64,000 bases of DNA from Desulfobaccales bacterium (GTDB lineage: Bacteria > Desulfobacterota > Desulfobaccia > Desulfobaccales > 0-14-0-80-60-11): positions 14,358 through 78,357 of the forward strand of contig JBKQVS010000115.1 of NCBI GenBank assembly GCA_052139855.1. Reading direction: 5' to 3'. The notes beneath the pieces are model-generated. The model did not search any database. It saw only the letters and a program-made list of their open reading frames with translations, and was not told the DNA's origin. A program made the translations under genes and the position numbers. Below are positions 7,944-18,002 of the stretch, in pieces; position 1 is the first letter of the stretch; each line of letters starts with the position of its first letter.

Positions 7944-9221
7944 ATGTCTCATTTCAAAAAAGAAGAGTTTGGCTCATTAGAAGAAGCAGAAAGAAATAGA
8001 TATTGGCAGATAAAACTCTCGAAGTCTTCAGTTTATGACTTCTTGTCAAATGAACACAATTTGATTAGCAAATTATGCTGGCAGTTTTTAACTCTCATCA
8101 TGTTCATTCCTTTATTTATCACTGCAAAATATTACAGTATCAAGTATAACCGGAACCATCTACATCCGGATAAACCAAAATTTCTTTCTTATCAACGTTT
8201 TACTGAAATCTATCCCGGATGTGTTTATTCACCATTGATTAAGGCTTACGAACTTGAATTATTCAAGAAATGTGAAATCAAGGAACCTATTTTAGAAATC
8301 GGGGTTGGTGATGGGTATTTCAGTTCACTTCTTTTTGAAGCCAAAAAGAAGAAAGTAACATTTGGAGCAGATTTGATGTATGGTGTTCTCAAGAGTGCCA
8401 GACGCTATCACCACTGTGAGAATTATATCATCATGGATGCTTCGGAAATTCCCTTGCCAGATAATTCCCTGGAAACGGTAATAATGAATAATTTGATGCA
8501 TCATCTTCCTAACAGGATGCTGCAGTTAGAAGAAGTTCTCCGGGTTTTAAAGAAAGGCGGTCGACTTATTTTCACCGATAATACCCTTGGATGGGGGCTT
8601 TATACATGGGAACAAATATTGTTAAGAAGGTTTCATTGCAAGGCTTTGGCCGATAGGATACTCAAATTTAAGTTAAATTTATTTGCACAGAGATTATTAG
8701 TAGATGATGATTTTTATGATAATAAAGCGAAGGATATGAATTTTATAATTAAAAAGAAGATTAACTTTATCTCAAAAACCACCATGTATCTCTCTAGTGT
8801 TTTTGAATTCCTCAATTTAAAACAGGGGCAGCCGACTAGACCTGAAATGCAAAAGTGGTTCGATATTTTTGGCAGTAAAAATAAGATTCAGAGTTGCATG
8901 GCAGATATCATTGAATATTGTTATCAAATAGACCGAAAGCAATGTGAAGAAGGTGGCTTTGCTTTTCAGTTTTTAGAAATCGAAAAAACGAAAAGTTCTG
9001 GAAGGAATGCAGATGGTTTTACATTTGTTCCCTTTGTTTGTCCCCATTGTAAAGGGGTCTTAAATAAAAGTGATTCTTCCTTTTCTTGCAATCAATGCGA
9101 GATTATCTACCCAATTTTCGATGGAATTCCCATATTCTTATCTTATCAAAATAAACTGGATGGTTTTAGTTCTTATCTAACAAAGAAAAAAGAAAGGCCG
9201 GCTGAGAATTATATGACCTGA
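7944..9221 (+). CDS. SAM-dependent methyltransferase with an N-terminal TM segment and a C-terminal Trm112-like zinc ribbon
   Basis: 425 aa, low GC. Motif I ILEIGVGDGYFS; DNSLETVIMNNLMHHLP...LKKGGRLIF; hydrophobic segment FLTLIMFIPLFITAKYY. C-terminal FVCPHCKGVLNKSDSSFSCNQCEIIYPIFDGIPIFL is a CxxC...CxxC plus GIP motif. Confidence 0.75.
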   Translation: MSHFKKEEFGSLEEAERNRYWQIKLSKSSVYDFLSNEHNLISKLCWQFLTLIMFIPLFITAKYYSIKYNRNHLHPDKPKFLSYQRFTEIYPGCVYSPLIKAYELELFKKCEIKEPILEIGVGDGYFSSLLFEAKKKKVTFGADLMYGVLKSARRYHHCENYIIMDASEIPLPDNSLETVIMNNLMHHLPNRMLQLEEVLRVLKKGGRLIFTDNTLGWGLYTWEQILLRRFHCKALADRILKFKLNLFAQRLLVDDDFYDNKAKDMNFIIKKKINFISKTTMYLSSVFEFLNLKQGQPTRPEMQKWFDIFGSKNKIQSCMADIIEYCYQIDRKQCEEGGFAFQFLEIEKTKSSGRNADGFTFVPFVCPHCKGVLNKSDSSFSCNQCEIIYPIFDGIPIFLSYQNKLDGFSSYLTKKKERPAENYMT

Positions 9222-9722
9222 TAAGGTCAAGTTATTTTACTAAGGTATATGGCATTCCATTCTGAATGAACTTACCCATGGCTAATAGGCCGATAAGCCA
9301 GAATTTCTACCCAAAAATCTCACTAAAGTGTCTCTTTCCTTGCTGGGGCAATAATGAAGAAGCCGAAATCGAGGACTTTTTGGAGATTGGGACGCAAGAA
9401 TTGATGATGGTGAGATTATTTTGATCGAAGGTACAAGTATAGACAGAACTATGAGATTGCGAGTCTTTCTGCTGGGGGAATCCATTGGCAACTTCACGTC
9501 AAGAATTTAAGGATTTTGTTATACATCGTGCTATTGAGTCAGCTAAAGAGAATGGAATAAATGGGTAAGGATTCTCAGTAAATGCGCTGGGACAGAGCGT
9601 CGTCTGACGGTGTTTAACGAAGCAGTTTGCTATGTATTTTAAGGGCCTTGCTCCGATTTTGACTTTTCGACAACAAGCCCCCACCGTGGCAGAGATTTTA
9701 ATCCCCGTAAGGACGCGACACC

Positions 9723-11540
9723 ATGGCAATTTCCCCACAGGCCGTCCCCAGCGCGCCAAACCGCGGCCATATCCTGATAAAACTCCTTCCTTGGGCCTCT
9801 GGATTGTTGCTGGTAGCGGGGTACGCCTTTCTCATTTATAACCTGAACCGGACCCTGGACCTCAGCGATGAAGGGTCTTACCTTCTCCAGATTTCCCGGC
9901 CCTTTGATGACGCTTACCGAATTAACAATTATGGTGCCCTGCTGCACCCAATCTTTTCTCTCCTGGGCGAAAGTGTGTATGCTCTGCGCCTGTTCGGCCT
10001 GGTCACCTTGAGTTTAAGCTCGTTATTTTTCGGGCTTGGCCTTTATGCTCTGGGAAGTCGATTAGGTTATCAGCTCTCTAGTTCTGCCAGGGCAAGCCTG
10101 CTCTGCGCCCTCCTTACCGCGGCATTAGCCTATTATTTCGGTGGCCTTTTGACGCCAAGTTATAATTGGTGCAATCTGGTTGGCGTGTTATTTTGTCTGG
10201 CTTCCTTGTGCCTGTATTCGGCGGTGGGCCAGGATGGACAAAGTCCTTGCCCTTGGCTGGCGCGCACCGCCTGTCTCTTCGGTATAGCCTTGGGAGGGGT
10301 GGTTTCCTTTTTGGGAAAACCCACTACTGCCGCAGGGCTGGCGGCGGTGGGATTTTTGTGGCTGGCGCTCTTTCCCCAGGTGCGTAGCTGGCTTGGACGC
10401 CAGGGCGACATCCTCCTCGCAGCCTGCCTGGCTGCAGTGCTGATAGCCTTGCATTTTACCTTCCTCTCGGAAGGCCTTGGAACTTCACTAGATAAATACA
10501 AAGCCGGTATCTGGGCCATGAGCTTGGTGCCCATGTACTCGTTGTCATCGATTATTCATGGCACCTTGCTCTATCCGGGTCAAAAAATATGGGCGTGGCG
10601 CCTCATAGGGATTTTTGCTCTGTATTTAATTTCTATGGAGTTATTCCGCCGATATTACACCGATAGAACAAAAACGTTCATTGCCACGTTGATAGCTATA
10701 AGCGCTACCTTTATCGCAGTTTCCTTAATAGTGTCTCAGCTATTAGGCATTCTTTGCCCCACCTTGGTATTTCTAACATTTGTCTTCATGCTGCTCTATA
10801 TGGATCACAAAAATGTACCCAAAAGGTTATTTTTACTGCCGCTTTTCGTTTTCATTAGCTTATATTTTTATTGTTTTGGCTCCAACAACGCAATGAGCTA
10901 TAATGTGAGCAAAGCGTTTGTCATCTTGACCGGCGGAATGTTGGCGGCTTTCACTTTGACCAAGCCCACAATACGCAATCCCCTGGTCACGGTGAGTGCT
11001 CTGGTTTTGAGTATCTTCGCCCTTGCTTCGCTGGCCCAATTTATCAAAACGCCTTTTCGCCAGGACGCGCCGCTGATGGCTTTGAACGCGCCCCTTAAAT
11101 TACGGGAAAACAGCACTCCCTTGTATGTGACCCAGTCCCGCAAGGAATTTATGGAATGTGTCCGCAAACTGGCTCTGGCCCATGGGTGGCGCCCAGGCAT
11201 GCCGATGCTGCATCTCTCCTTCGACGTCGGGGCTGTGCCGTTCATGCTCCAGGCCCAAAGCATAGGGACGCAGATCCCCGTAAGACCGACTTATATGGCT
11301 GTAAAGAATATCGTTCAATACTATCGCAAAGCCGCCACCTACCAGGAATTGCGGCAAGCTTGGATTTTCTGCTACGGAACGCCCGACCCCAAACCCCTTG
11401 ACTTTGTCCCCACCAGTGTCCTGGTGGACTTGGGCCTGCCTTTCCCCCAGGGGTATGAATTACTCGGCACCTGTGATGGCTGGCAACTGTGGAAGCCTCG
11501 GCCGGATCAGGGCCCCAGGCAGGCCAGCGGAGGTCAATAA
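9723..11540 (+). CDS. Large polytopic membrane protein, possible GT-C-fold (polyprenyl-P-sugar dependent) glycosyltransferase or polymerase
   Basis: 605 aa with more than 10 hydrophobic segments. After TM1 the first loop carries LDLSDEGSYLL (acidic DE pair), and there is a soluble C-terminal domain of about 150 aa. No specific family recognised; the function is inferred. Confidence 0.45.
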   Translation: MAISPQAVPSAPNRGHILIKLLPWASGLLLVAGYAFLIYNLNRTLDLSDEGSYLLQISRPFDDAYRINNYGALLHPIFSLLGESVYALRLFGLVTLSLSSLFFGLGLYALGSRLGYQLSSSARASLLCALLTAALAYYFGGLLTPSYNWCNLVGVLFCLASLCLYSAVGQDGQSPCPWLARTACLFGIALGGVVSFLGKPTTAAGLAAVGFLWLALFPQVRSWLGRQGDILLAACLAAVLIALHFTFLSEGLGTSLDKYKAGIWAMSLVPMYSLSSIIHGTLLYPGQKIWAWRLIGIFALYLISMELFRRYYTDRTKTFIATLIAISATFIAVSLIVSQLLGILCPTLVFLTFVFMLLYMDHKNVPKRLFLLPLFVFISLYFYCFGSNNAMSYNVSKAFVILTGGMLAAFTLTKPTIRNPLVTVSALVLSIFALASLAQFIKTPFRQDAPLMALNAPLKLRENSTPLYVTQSRKEFMECVRKLALAHGWRPGMPMLHLSFDVGAVPFMLQAQSIGTQIPVRPTYMAVKNIVQYYRKAATYQELRQAWIFCYGTPDPKPLDFVPTSVLVDLGLPFPQGYELLGTCDGWQLWKPRPDQGPRQASGGQ

Positions 11541-11653
11541 TGTGCAGTGCAGCCCAATGCCTGGTTTTTTGGGGCCTGGAGATGATTCAGTTTTCGGTTT
11601 TGCCGGAGCTTGAATTTTCCTCCCTCCCTCTTTGCCGGTGGAGCAGCAGTCTT

Positions 11654-11681
11654 TTGACGTGACCGGAATCTCCAGGATAAT
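11654..11681 (+). promoter_or_regulatory. Candidate sigma70-type promoter for the 11782-19923 operon
   Basis: TTGACG (11654-11659), a 16-nt spacer, then GATAAT (11676-11681), about 100 nt upstream of the 11782 ATG. It sits in the only sizeable intergenic gap before the operon. Confidence 0.35.
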
Positions 11682-11781
11682 AATGGCTGCCTACACTATC
11701 GTAAATTTTATGCTTCCACAACCATCAATAAGTGGTCGACCTCGTCCCTGGTTCGGCCGCTTGTGCGACTAATGAGCCGCA

Positions 11782-12765
11782 ATGTCCCTTGCTTCCATCT
11801 GGAAAAAATTCTCCAAGCCGCTGCGCTACTTGCTGGTCCTGGTACTGATTTACTACCTGGTGGCGAGCGGCAGTTTAAATCTGCACACCCTGGCAAAATT
11901 TTTTCGTATACAAAATCTGGGGTGCATCGGCCTGCTCTTCCTAATTCTGGCCGGCTCGATGTTGTGCGTGGCCCGCCGGCAGCAGCTCATTCTCTTTGCG
12001 TGTGGATCTGCTTGCTCCTTTTTCACTTCACTTAAGGTTGTCATGATGGGGATGTTCTATAATAATTTCCTGCCGGGGGGCTTCGGGGGGGACCTGGTGC
12101 GCCTGACCTACCTGCGCCAATATACAGGCCGTTCTTATTCCTCACTGACCGGTATCCTGCTGCTGGATAGGGTTCTGGGCCTGGTGAGCCTCAGCCTCTG
12201 TGCCCTGGGAGCCGGAGCAGTCCTGGTATCACGTCGGCTCATAGCCCTGGAAGTGCTCCCCGCCTCTCTCATTGTCGCCCTCTTGCTGCCGATCCTTGGC
12301 GTGGCGGCCGCGGCTTTTTTGCGCTTTCCCCGGCTGGAAGAACGCTTTAAAGCATGGATGGGCAGGTCGCTGGGGACGGCTTGGCAGGAATTTATTTTGG
12401 TTTCTCCCAAGGTTTTCAGACAAAGGAAGGTGTTGGCCCTGACCCTGCTGGTGAGCCTGGGCAACACCTTGCTGTGCATGACGGGGATTGGCCTCCTGGC
12501 GGCGCAATTGTTTGACATGCGGGCCTTCTGGCCGTATGCGCTGTTATCGCCCGGGGTGATGTTCATTGGCGTGATTCCGGTAACGCCGGGTAATCTCGGG
12601 TGGCTGGAAGCCGTGGCTCAAACGGTCTATATTTTTTTCGGGATTCACGGAGGAGCGGTGGTGTTTTTAATTTGGCGGGTTATTAGCTGCGCTTTCTCCG
12701 TGACAGGCGGGGTTTGGCAGATGGTGGCGGGAGAGGTCGCGCCCCAACCGGGGGGGAATACCTGA
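11782..12765 (+). CDS. Flippase-like membrane protein (lysylphosphatidylglycerol-synthase TM-region / UPF0104 family)
   Basis: 327 aa with about 8 TM segments. FYNNFLPGGFGGDLVRLTYL matches the family's conserved LPg..Gg...R block. The stop overlaps the next gene's ATG (TGATG at 12763-12767). Confidence 0.7.
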   Translation: MSLASIWKKFSKPLRYLLVLVLIYYLVASGSLNLHTLAKFFRIQNLGCIGLLFLILAGSMLCVARRQQLILFACGSACSFFTSLKVVMMGMFYNNFLPGGFGGDLVRLTYLRQYTGRSYSSLTGILLLDRVLGLVSLSLCALGAGAVLVSRRLIALEVLPASLIVALLLPILGVAAAAFLRFPRLEERFKAWMGRSLGTAWQEFILVSPKVFRQRKVLALTLLVSLGNTLLCMTGIGLLAAQLFDMRAFWPYALLSPGVMFIGVIPVTPGNLGWLEAVAQTVYIFFGIHGGAVVFLIWRVISCAFSVTGGVWQMVAGEVAPQPGGNT

Positions 12766-14663
12766 TGTGCGGTATTGTGGGGTTCACCGGCCACCCCCGC
12801 CCCGAAACGCTGCGAGCCATGTGCCGCTCACTGATCCATCGCGGTCCGGACGGCGAAGGCTATCACGAAGGTGAAGGCGTCCATATGGGCATGCGCCGAC
12901 TGGCCATCGTCGACCTGGAAACCGGCGACCAGCCCATCTGCAATGAAGATGCCACGATATGGGTGGTCTTCAACGGCGAAATCTATAATCACCTGGAGCT
13001 GCGTGCCGATTTGCAGGCACGCGGCCATGTCTTCCGCTCCCATCATAGCGACACGGAAACCATTGTCCATCTCTATGAGGAATACGGCGACCTTTGGCCT
13101 GAGAAGGGCGGCGTTAACGGTATGTTCGGAGTGGCTTTATGGGACGGCCGACGGGGGCGCTTGTTGTTGTATCGCGACCGTATCGGCAAAAAACCGCTCT
13201 ATTGGGCTTCGAGAAACGGCCAACTCATTTTCGGCTCCGAGATCAAGGCGCTTTTAGCCCACCCCGAGGTTCCCCAGCAGCTTGACTACCAGGCTCTCTA
13301 TCATTATTTCAGCCTGAAAAATTGCAGCGCCCCGGCCACTGCTTATGAGAATATCCGCCAACTCCTGCCCGGCCATTATCTCGTGTGGGAAGGCGGCCAG
13401 GTGCGGCAGGCCCCCTATTGGCGCCTGGATTTCAGCCACCCTCTGGAAGATATCACCCCCTCGGAAGCCGCCTCCCATCTGTTAAGCCTATTGGATGATG
13501 CCGTGCGCCTGCGGATGCAGTGCGATGTGCCCTATGGAGCCTACCTGTCCGGGGGGGTCGATTCGAGCTCAGTAGTCGCCCTGATGTGCCGCTACCAGAC
13601 GCAGCCGGTCACCACCTTCTGTCTTGGTTACGACGACGACCCCCAGGGGCAGTTTGCCGGCAAGTCTCTCGATATCCAGTACGCCCGCTTGATGTCTGGC
13701 CGCCTCCATACCCAACACCATGAATACATCTTGTCCGCCACTGAGTTCGCCGAGCGCTTCCCCGAGGTCCTCCAGGCCTTTGATGAGCCTTTTTCCGGCA
13801 CTGTCTCCACTTTTTTTCTCAGCATCCTGATCCACCGACACGTCAAGGTGGCCTTATCAGGTGACGGCGCCGATGAACTGTTTGGGAGTTATCTGGCCCA
13901 TCGGTTGGCGCAGCCCATGCATCATTTCCTGCGCCTTAAGCAACAAGGCAAGACTAAATTTGCCGATCTGAGCGATTCGGAACGGAACCTCCTGGCCCCA
14001 TTTAGCTCCGAGACTGATTTTGGCTATTTGCAAGCCATCGCGGCGCCGCATCAGGCTGCCTGGCGCATGCGTTTGGCGGTCTTTGATGAGCAAGAGAAAC
14101 GTAAACTATTGAGTCCTGAATTTCTGAGAAAGGTGGGAATGGAGGACACCCAAAATATTTACCGGCATCTGTTGGCTGAGGCGACGGCCAGTGATCCCCT
14201 CAATGTCACTTTAGAGGTGGACCAGCGGGAACTGTTGCCTAATCAGTGCCTATCCTTCGTTGATCGCCTTTCCATGGCTCACTCCATCGAAGTGAGGTGT
14301 CCGTACCTGGATTACCGGATTATCGAATTCGCCAGTCGCCTGCCGGGTGGCATGAAAATTTTTCAGGGTATCAATAAGTATGTGCATAAGCTGGCCATTA
14401 AGGACTTGGTGCCCGAGGATTTGTTGAGCCGACCTAAGGAGGGTTTTGTGCAGCCGATCTACTCCTGGATGCACAACAATTTAAAGGGTTGGGTGGAGTC
14501 TAATCTTGATTCTTTGCCGCAGGCAGTGTTTAATATAGAATATGTTCGAAATATTAAAAGAGCTTTTAAAGGGGGAGTAACTGGGTTAGATGCCAAGATA
14601 TGGAACCTAGTTTGTTTCCAAATATGGTGGGAAAAGGTACTGGGGAAAAGTCACTCATATTAG
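12765..14663 (+). CDS. Asparagine synthetase B-family glutamine amidotransferase (glycan-locus paralog, WbpS-like)
   Basis: Ntn start MCGIVGF (ATG 12765; the track's 12714 start is an upstream extension). RGPDGEG, the PP-loop AYLSGGVDSS, and FDEPF. 632 aa. Confidence 0.9.
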   Translation: MCGIVGFTGHPRPETLRAMCRSLIHRGPDGEGYHEGEGVHMGMRRLAIVDLETGDQPICNEDATIWVVFNGEIYNHLELRADLQARGHVFRSHHSDTETIVHLYEEYGDLWPEKGGVNGMFGVALWDGRRGRLLLYRDRIGKKPLYWASRNGQLIFGSEIKALLAHPEVPQQLDYQALYHYFSLKNCSAPATAYENIRQLLPGHYLVWEGGQVRQAPYWRLDFSHPLEDITPSEAASHLLSLLDDAVRLRMQCDVPYGAYLSGGVDSSSVVALMCRYQTQPVTTFCLGYDDDPQGQFAGKSLDIQYARLMSGRLHTQHHEYILSATEFAERFPEVLQAFDEPFSGTVSTFFLSILIHRHVKVALSGDGADELFGSYLAHRLAQPMHHFLRLKQQGKTKFADLSDSERNLLAPFSSETDFGYLQAIAAPHQAAWRMRLAVFDEQEKRKLLSPEFLRKVGMEDTQNIYRHLLAEATASDPLNVTLEVDQRELLPNQCLSFVDRLSMAHSIEVRCPYLDYRIIEFASRLPGGMKIFQGINKYVHKLAIKDLVPEDLLSRPKEGFVQPIYSWMHNNLKGWVESNLDSLPQAVFNIEYVRNIKRAFKGGVTGLDAKIWNLVCFQIWWEKVLGKSHSY

Positions 14664-14672
14664 GGGGATTTA

Positions 14673-15410
14673 ATGCCTTACCAAAAAGAGTCCGAGAGAC
14701 TAGAAAAAATTGCTACCCAATATGACCCGGAAGCTGACTGGGAAGAAATCAAGATTCTTCTTAAGACTGCGGAATTAATCGGGCGTCATGCCAAAGATAG
14801 TAGTTTTGCCCTGGAGCTTGGCGTTTCTACTGGATTCATGACTGAACAACTCTGTAAGCTATTTGAGCGCATGGTCTGTGTGGACGGCTCGAAACGTTAT
14901 ATCGATATGACTAAAGAACGGTTAACGGCCAATGCATTAAAAAGGATTGATTTTGAAGTAGCGCTATTTGAAGAATATGAACCAAAGCAACTCTTTCCTA
15001 ATATCATAATGTCTCACATAATAGAACATGTTGAAGATCCAATAGCCATTTTATCTAAGTATAAACAATTCCTCACTAAAGACGGCGTTATTCACATTGC
15101 GGTTCCCAATGCTGCCTCCCTCAACCGGCGCATAGGCTTCATGCTATGCTTGATGGAGAAGATTGATCAGTTGTCCGAAAAGGATCATTTAATTGGCCAT
15201 CGGCGGCTTTACACCTACGAGATGCTTTTGGACCATATAAAGGCATCAGGACTTGAGGTTGTGGTTTGTGAGGGAATTTTTCTTAAACCTCTCTCCAAAG
15301 GGCAGATGGCCCATTGGAAGGATGAATTGATAGATGCTTTTTTTGAAATCGGCAGGGAATTGCCCGCTTATTCCATGGATATATATGTATTGGCTCGGCC
15401 ACGGGTTTGA
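14673..15410 (+). CDS. Class I SAM-dependent methyltransferase
   Basis: 245 aa. Motif I ALELGVSTGFMTEQL and IIMSHIIEHVEDPIAILSKYKQFLTKDGVIHIAVPN. Starts 9 nt after the asnB-like stop and overlaps the next gene by 4 nt. Confidence 0.8.
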   Translation: MPYQKESERLEKIATQYDPEADWEEIKILLKTAELIGRHAKDSSFALELGVSTGFMTEQLCKLFERMVCVDGSKRYIDMTKERLTANALKRIDFEVALFEEYEPKQLFPNIIMSHIIEHVEDPIAILSKYKQFLTKDGVIHIAVPNAASLNRRIGFMLCLMEKIDQLSEKDHLIGHRRLYTYEMLLDHIKASGLEVVVCEGIFLKPLSKGQMAHWKDELIDAFFEIGRELPAYSMDIYVLARPRV

Positions 15411-16312
15411 TGATGCGAGTAGTGGTCACCGGCGCTTCAGGATTTATCGCCCGCTACCTTTTAAAGGAATTGGTTGGGCGTGGGTACGAAGTGGTGGCAG
15501 TGACCAGAGCCAAGGAGAAACCTTGTACTTATACTGACCCGGTTTGGCACTTGGGGGTCGATTATCGCAAGCCTGATCAATTTATTACTCCCGGCACCGA
15601 AGCTGTCATACATCTGGCTGCGGTTATGCCTGACAGTACTTGGGGGGAAAAAGATATCTGGTGTAACTTGTCTTCCACTTATGCATGTTACACTGCTTTA
15701 TTTAGAAATGGGGGCAATCAATTCATTTTTGCCTCCAGTCAGATGGTCTATGGGTCACAGAAAGTCCTGCCGGTTACGGAAAATGCCTTATGCCGCCCTA
15801 ATTCAGCTTACGGCCTTTCCAAATTGGCTGGCGAGGCTATCCTGCTGAAATTTTATAAATCTGATGATCTGCGTGTGTCATGCCTGAGATTCGCCGAGGT
15901 GTTTGGCTTAGGTCAAGAGCGGGGTTATGTAAGAGATCAATTTATCAAAATGGCTATTAAAGATCAGCCCATTACCCTGTTTGGACATTACCGAGCTATT
16001 CGAGATTTTATCTATGTCAAGGACGCCGTCCGGGCTATTCGTTTGGCCTTAGAGTCTTGCGTCTCAGGAGTTTTTAATGTGGGAGGTGGAAAAGGGCGTA
16101 CCGTCGAACAATACGCCCAGGCCTGCCATAAATATCTGGGTACGGGTAGGCATCCCTTGCAATTTGGACCTGTCACCGGGGCATCTGATCCACCGTCCGA
16201 CTTCTATATGAGCATCGAAAAAGCTCGGGAAGCCTTCGGTTATCAACCTGATTTTGATCTGGCAGAGGCAATGGCGGATATTCGTAAATTAGTGGGTTGC
16301 GCCAATGACTAA
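15407..16312 (+). CDS. NAD-dependent epimerase/dehydratase (extended SDR)
   Basis: 301 aa. VVVTGASGFIARYLLKELVGRGYEV (Rossmann TGxxGxxG) and SAYGLSKLAGE (YxxxK). Confidence 0.85.
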   Translation: MMMRVVVTGASGFIARYLLKELVGRGYEVVAVTRAKEKPCTYTDPVWHLGVDYRKPDQFITPGTEAVIHLAAVMPDSTWGEKDIWCNLSSTYACYTALFRNGGNQFIFASSQMVYGSQKVLPVTENALCRPNSAYGLSKLAGEAILLKFYKSDDLRVSCLRFAEVFGLGQERGYVRDQFIKMAIKDQPITLFGHYRAIRDFIYVKDAVRAIRLALESCVSGVFNVGGGKGRTVEQYAQACHKYLGTGRHPLQFGPVTGASDPPSDFYMSIEKAREAFGYQPDFDLAEAMADIRKLVGCAND

Positions 16313-17276
16313 GCCTAAGGTTCTGGTCACCGGAGTCGGTGGAGTCATAGGCTATGGTATTGTTAATGCCATCAAGATGGCTAAGCTCCCCGTTGAGGTG
16401 ATTGGCGCTGAGGCTGATAAAGAGGCGGTGGGATTTTGCTTCGTCAATGATCGGGTGGTTATACCCAGGGCTAATGAACCCGGCTATACAGAATTTTTAG
16501 TGAAATATATTACTCGGCACGGGGTGAATTTAGTCATCCCCGGAGTGGACCATGACCTGCACCGCATGGTGGCGGATAGGTCTGCTTTCCAGGGAAATGG
16601 CTTTATGACGATTTTGCCGGATGAACAGGTTTATAAGATAACCGAGGATAAGTGGAATACCCATCTGTTCCTTAAATCTCATGGGATCCCGGTTATTCCG
16701 ACTTTTTGTTTGGAAGAAGATGAAAAGCTGATTTTGAGCAAGCTCAACTTTCCGATGATTGCCAAACCCCGTTCATCCTCGGCTGGCAAAGGTTTAGTTG
16801 AGGTTGAAAATAAAGATGATTTCCGCTACTACCAGAAAAAATATAGCAAAAGCGCTTACATAGTGCAGGAAAAAGTCGGCCATGACGATATGGAATTTAC
16901 CTGTGGTTCTTATCAAGTAAAAGACTCTCGTCTGTTTGGACCCATTATTTTAAAGCGTAAACTTGGATATGGAAGCACTATGAAGGGAAAGAGCATTATC
17001 TTTCCCGAAATAGCCGACCGAGTCAACCAGGTATTGACGGTTCTCGGAGGAGGGGCTGGTCCTTATTGTACCCAGATCAGGCTGAACAATTCTTGTCCTC
17101 TGGTGCTTGAAATTAATGCCCGCTTTTCTTCCTCTACTTCGATTAAAGCGCTTATGGGATTTAATGAGCCAGCGATGCTTATCAAAGAGGCAATTTTCGA
17201 AGAGCGTCTTGAACATCCCGATCTGATATTTAACAAGACTGTTTGTCGTTATTTATTGGATCAAATATTACCCTAA
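16305..17276 (+). CDS. ATP-grasp domain ligase
   Basis: 323 aa. N-terminal pre-ATP-grasp KVLVTGVGGVIGYGIVNAIK. Central DKWNTHLFLKSHGIPVIPT...FPMIAKPRSSSAGKGLVEVEN...YIVQEKV and LVLEINARFSSS resemble carbamoyl-phosphate-synthase-like ATP-grasp enzymes. Overlaps both neighbours. Confidence 0.75.
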   Translation: MTKPKVLVTGVGGVIGYGIVNAIKMAKLPVEVIGAEADKEAVGFCFVNDRVVIPRANEPGYTEFLVKYITRHGVNLVIPGVDHDLHRMVADRSAFQGNGFMTILPDEQVYKITEDKWNTHLFLKSHGIPVIPTFCLEEDEKLILSKLNFPMIAKPRSSSAGKGLVEVENKDDFRYYQKKYSKSAYIVQEKVGHDDMEFTCGSYQVKDSRLFGPIILKRKLGYGSTMKGKSIIFPEIADRVNQVLTVLGGGAGPYCTQIRLNNSCPLVLEINARFSSSTSIKALMGFNEPAMLIKEAIFEERLEHPDLIFNKTVCRYLLDQILP

Positions 17277-17971
17277 TGAAGATAGCGCTGTTTGCCGATA
17301 TTCATGCCAATTTTCCTGCCTTGGAAAAAGCCATAGCAGTCTCCCTGGATGAGGGAGTCGAGTGGTTCATGATTGCGGGCGATCTTGTCGGTTTTTACCC
17401 GTTCCCCAGGGAGGTGATCGATACTGTGAAAGAACGCCTGGCTGACAGGGCCTGCATTGTCGTCGGAAACCATGACCAGAAGGTCGTGACAGGTGAAGAG
17501 TTTCCGGAGAGTTTTTCGGCAACAATCACCGCGCGTTGGCAGCGTAGTGTCCTGGACAAAGAACAACTGAGCTTTATTGGGGGGCTGCCCCAAAAAATTT
17601 ACTACAATATTAATGGATGCCAATTCCTTATTGTACACGGGAGCCCTAGGTCCCCTCTATCTGAAAGAATCATCTCAATTGAGCAGATTAAACCGACGAA
17701 TGCTGACATTGTAGTTTTCGGCCACACCCACAGACCTGCCTTGATGAAAAAAGACCATGCCCTCTGGGTAAATCCCGGCTCAGTGGGGCAGCCACGCGAT
17801 GGCGACCCCAGAGGGTCGATGGCTATTATAAAGCTCCCCGAATTAGAGGTAAGATTTATCAGATTTCATTATGAGATAAAACAGGTCGAGGAAAGATGGC
17901 CTGTCATAAGAAGCCTAGGACTCGATGATCGACTGTTAAAATGGCTTCATCATGGTAACTATAAACCTTAG
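17276..17971 (+). CDS. Metallophosphoesterase (YfcE/MJ0936-like calcineurin-type phosphoesterase)
   Basis: MKIALFADIHAN, IAGDLVG, VVGNHD, IVHGSP and VVFGHTHRP are the DxH / GD / GNH(D/E) / H / GHxH signature set. ATG 17276 overlaps the ATP-grasp stop (TAATG). Confidence 0.85.
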   Translation: MKIALFADIHANFPALEKAIAVSLDEGVEWFMIAGDLVGFYPFPREVIDTVKERLADRACIVVGNHDQKVVTGEEFPESFSATITARWQRSVLDKEQLSFIGGLPQKIYYNINGCQFLIVHGSPRSPLSERIISIEQIKPTNADIVVFGHTHRPALMKKDHALWVNPGSVGQPRDGDPRGSMAIIKLPELEVRFIRFHYEIKQVEERWPVIRSLGLDDRLLKWLHHGNYKP

Positions 17972-18002
17972 TTTTATAGAATCAAAACCTTAGGTGACAT
18001 AA

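Noticed and set aside
9222-9722. A 500-bp unannotated region with broken short ORFs, for example MANRPISQNFYPK...EEAEIEDFLEIGTQELMMVRLF*, WDARIDDGEIILIEGTSIDR... and ...KDFVIHRAIESAKENGING*.
   Set aside because: It may be a decayed gene, but I could not recognise any family. No feature is reported. BLASTX would be needed.
12714-12764. N-terminal extensions suggested by the ORF track: 12714 for the asnB-like gene, 5531 for DegT, 20941 for GT2, 43784 for gmd, 46068 for the cyclase, 49802 and 58651 for the membrane proteins, and 61938 for the deacetylase-like gene.
   Set aside because: Family-conserved N-termini ([19 protein letters not shown] and so on), RBS-like sequences, or avoidance of long overlaps with upstream genes favour the downstream starts listed in the features.
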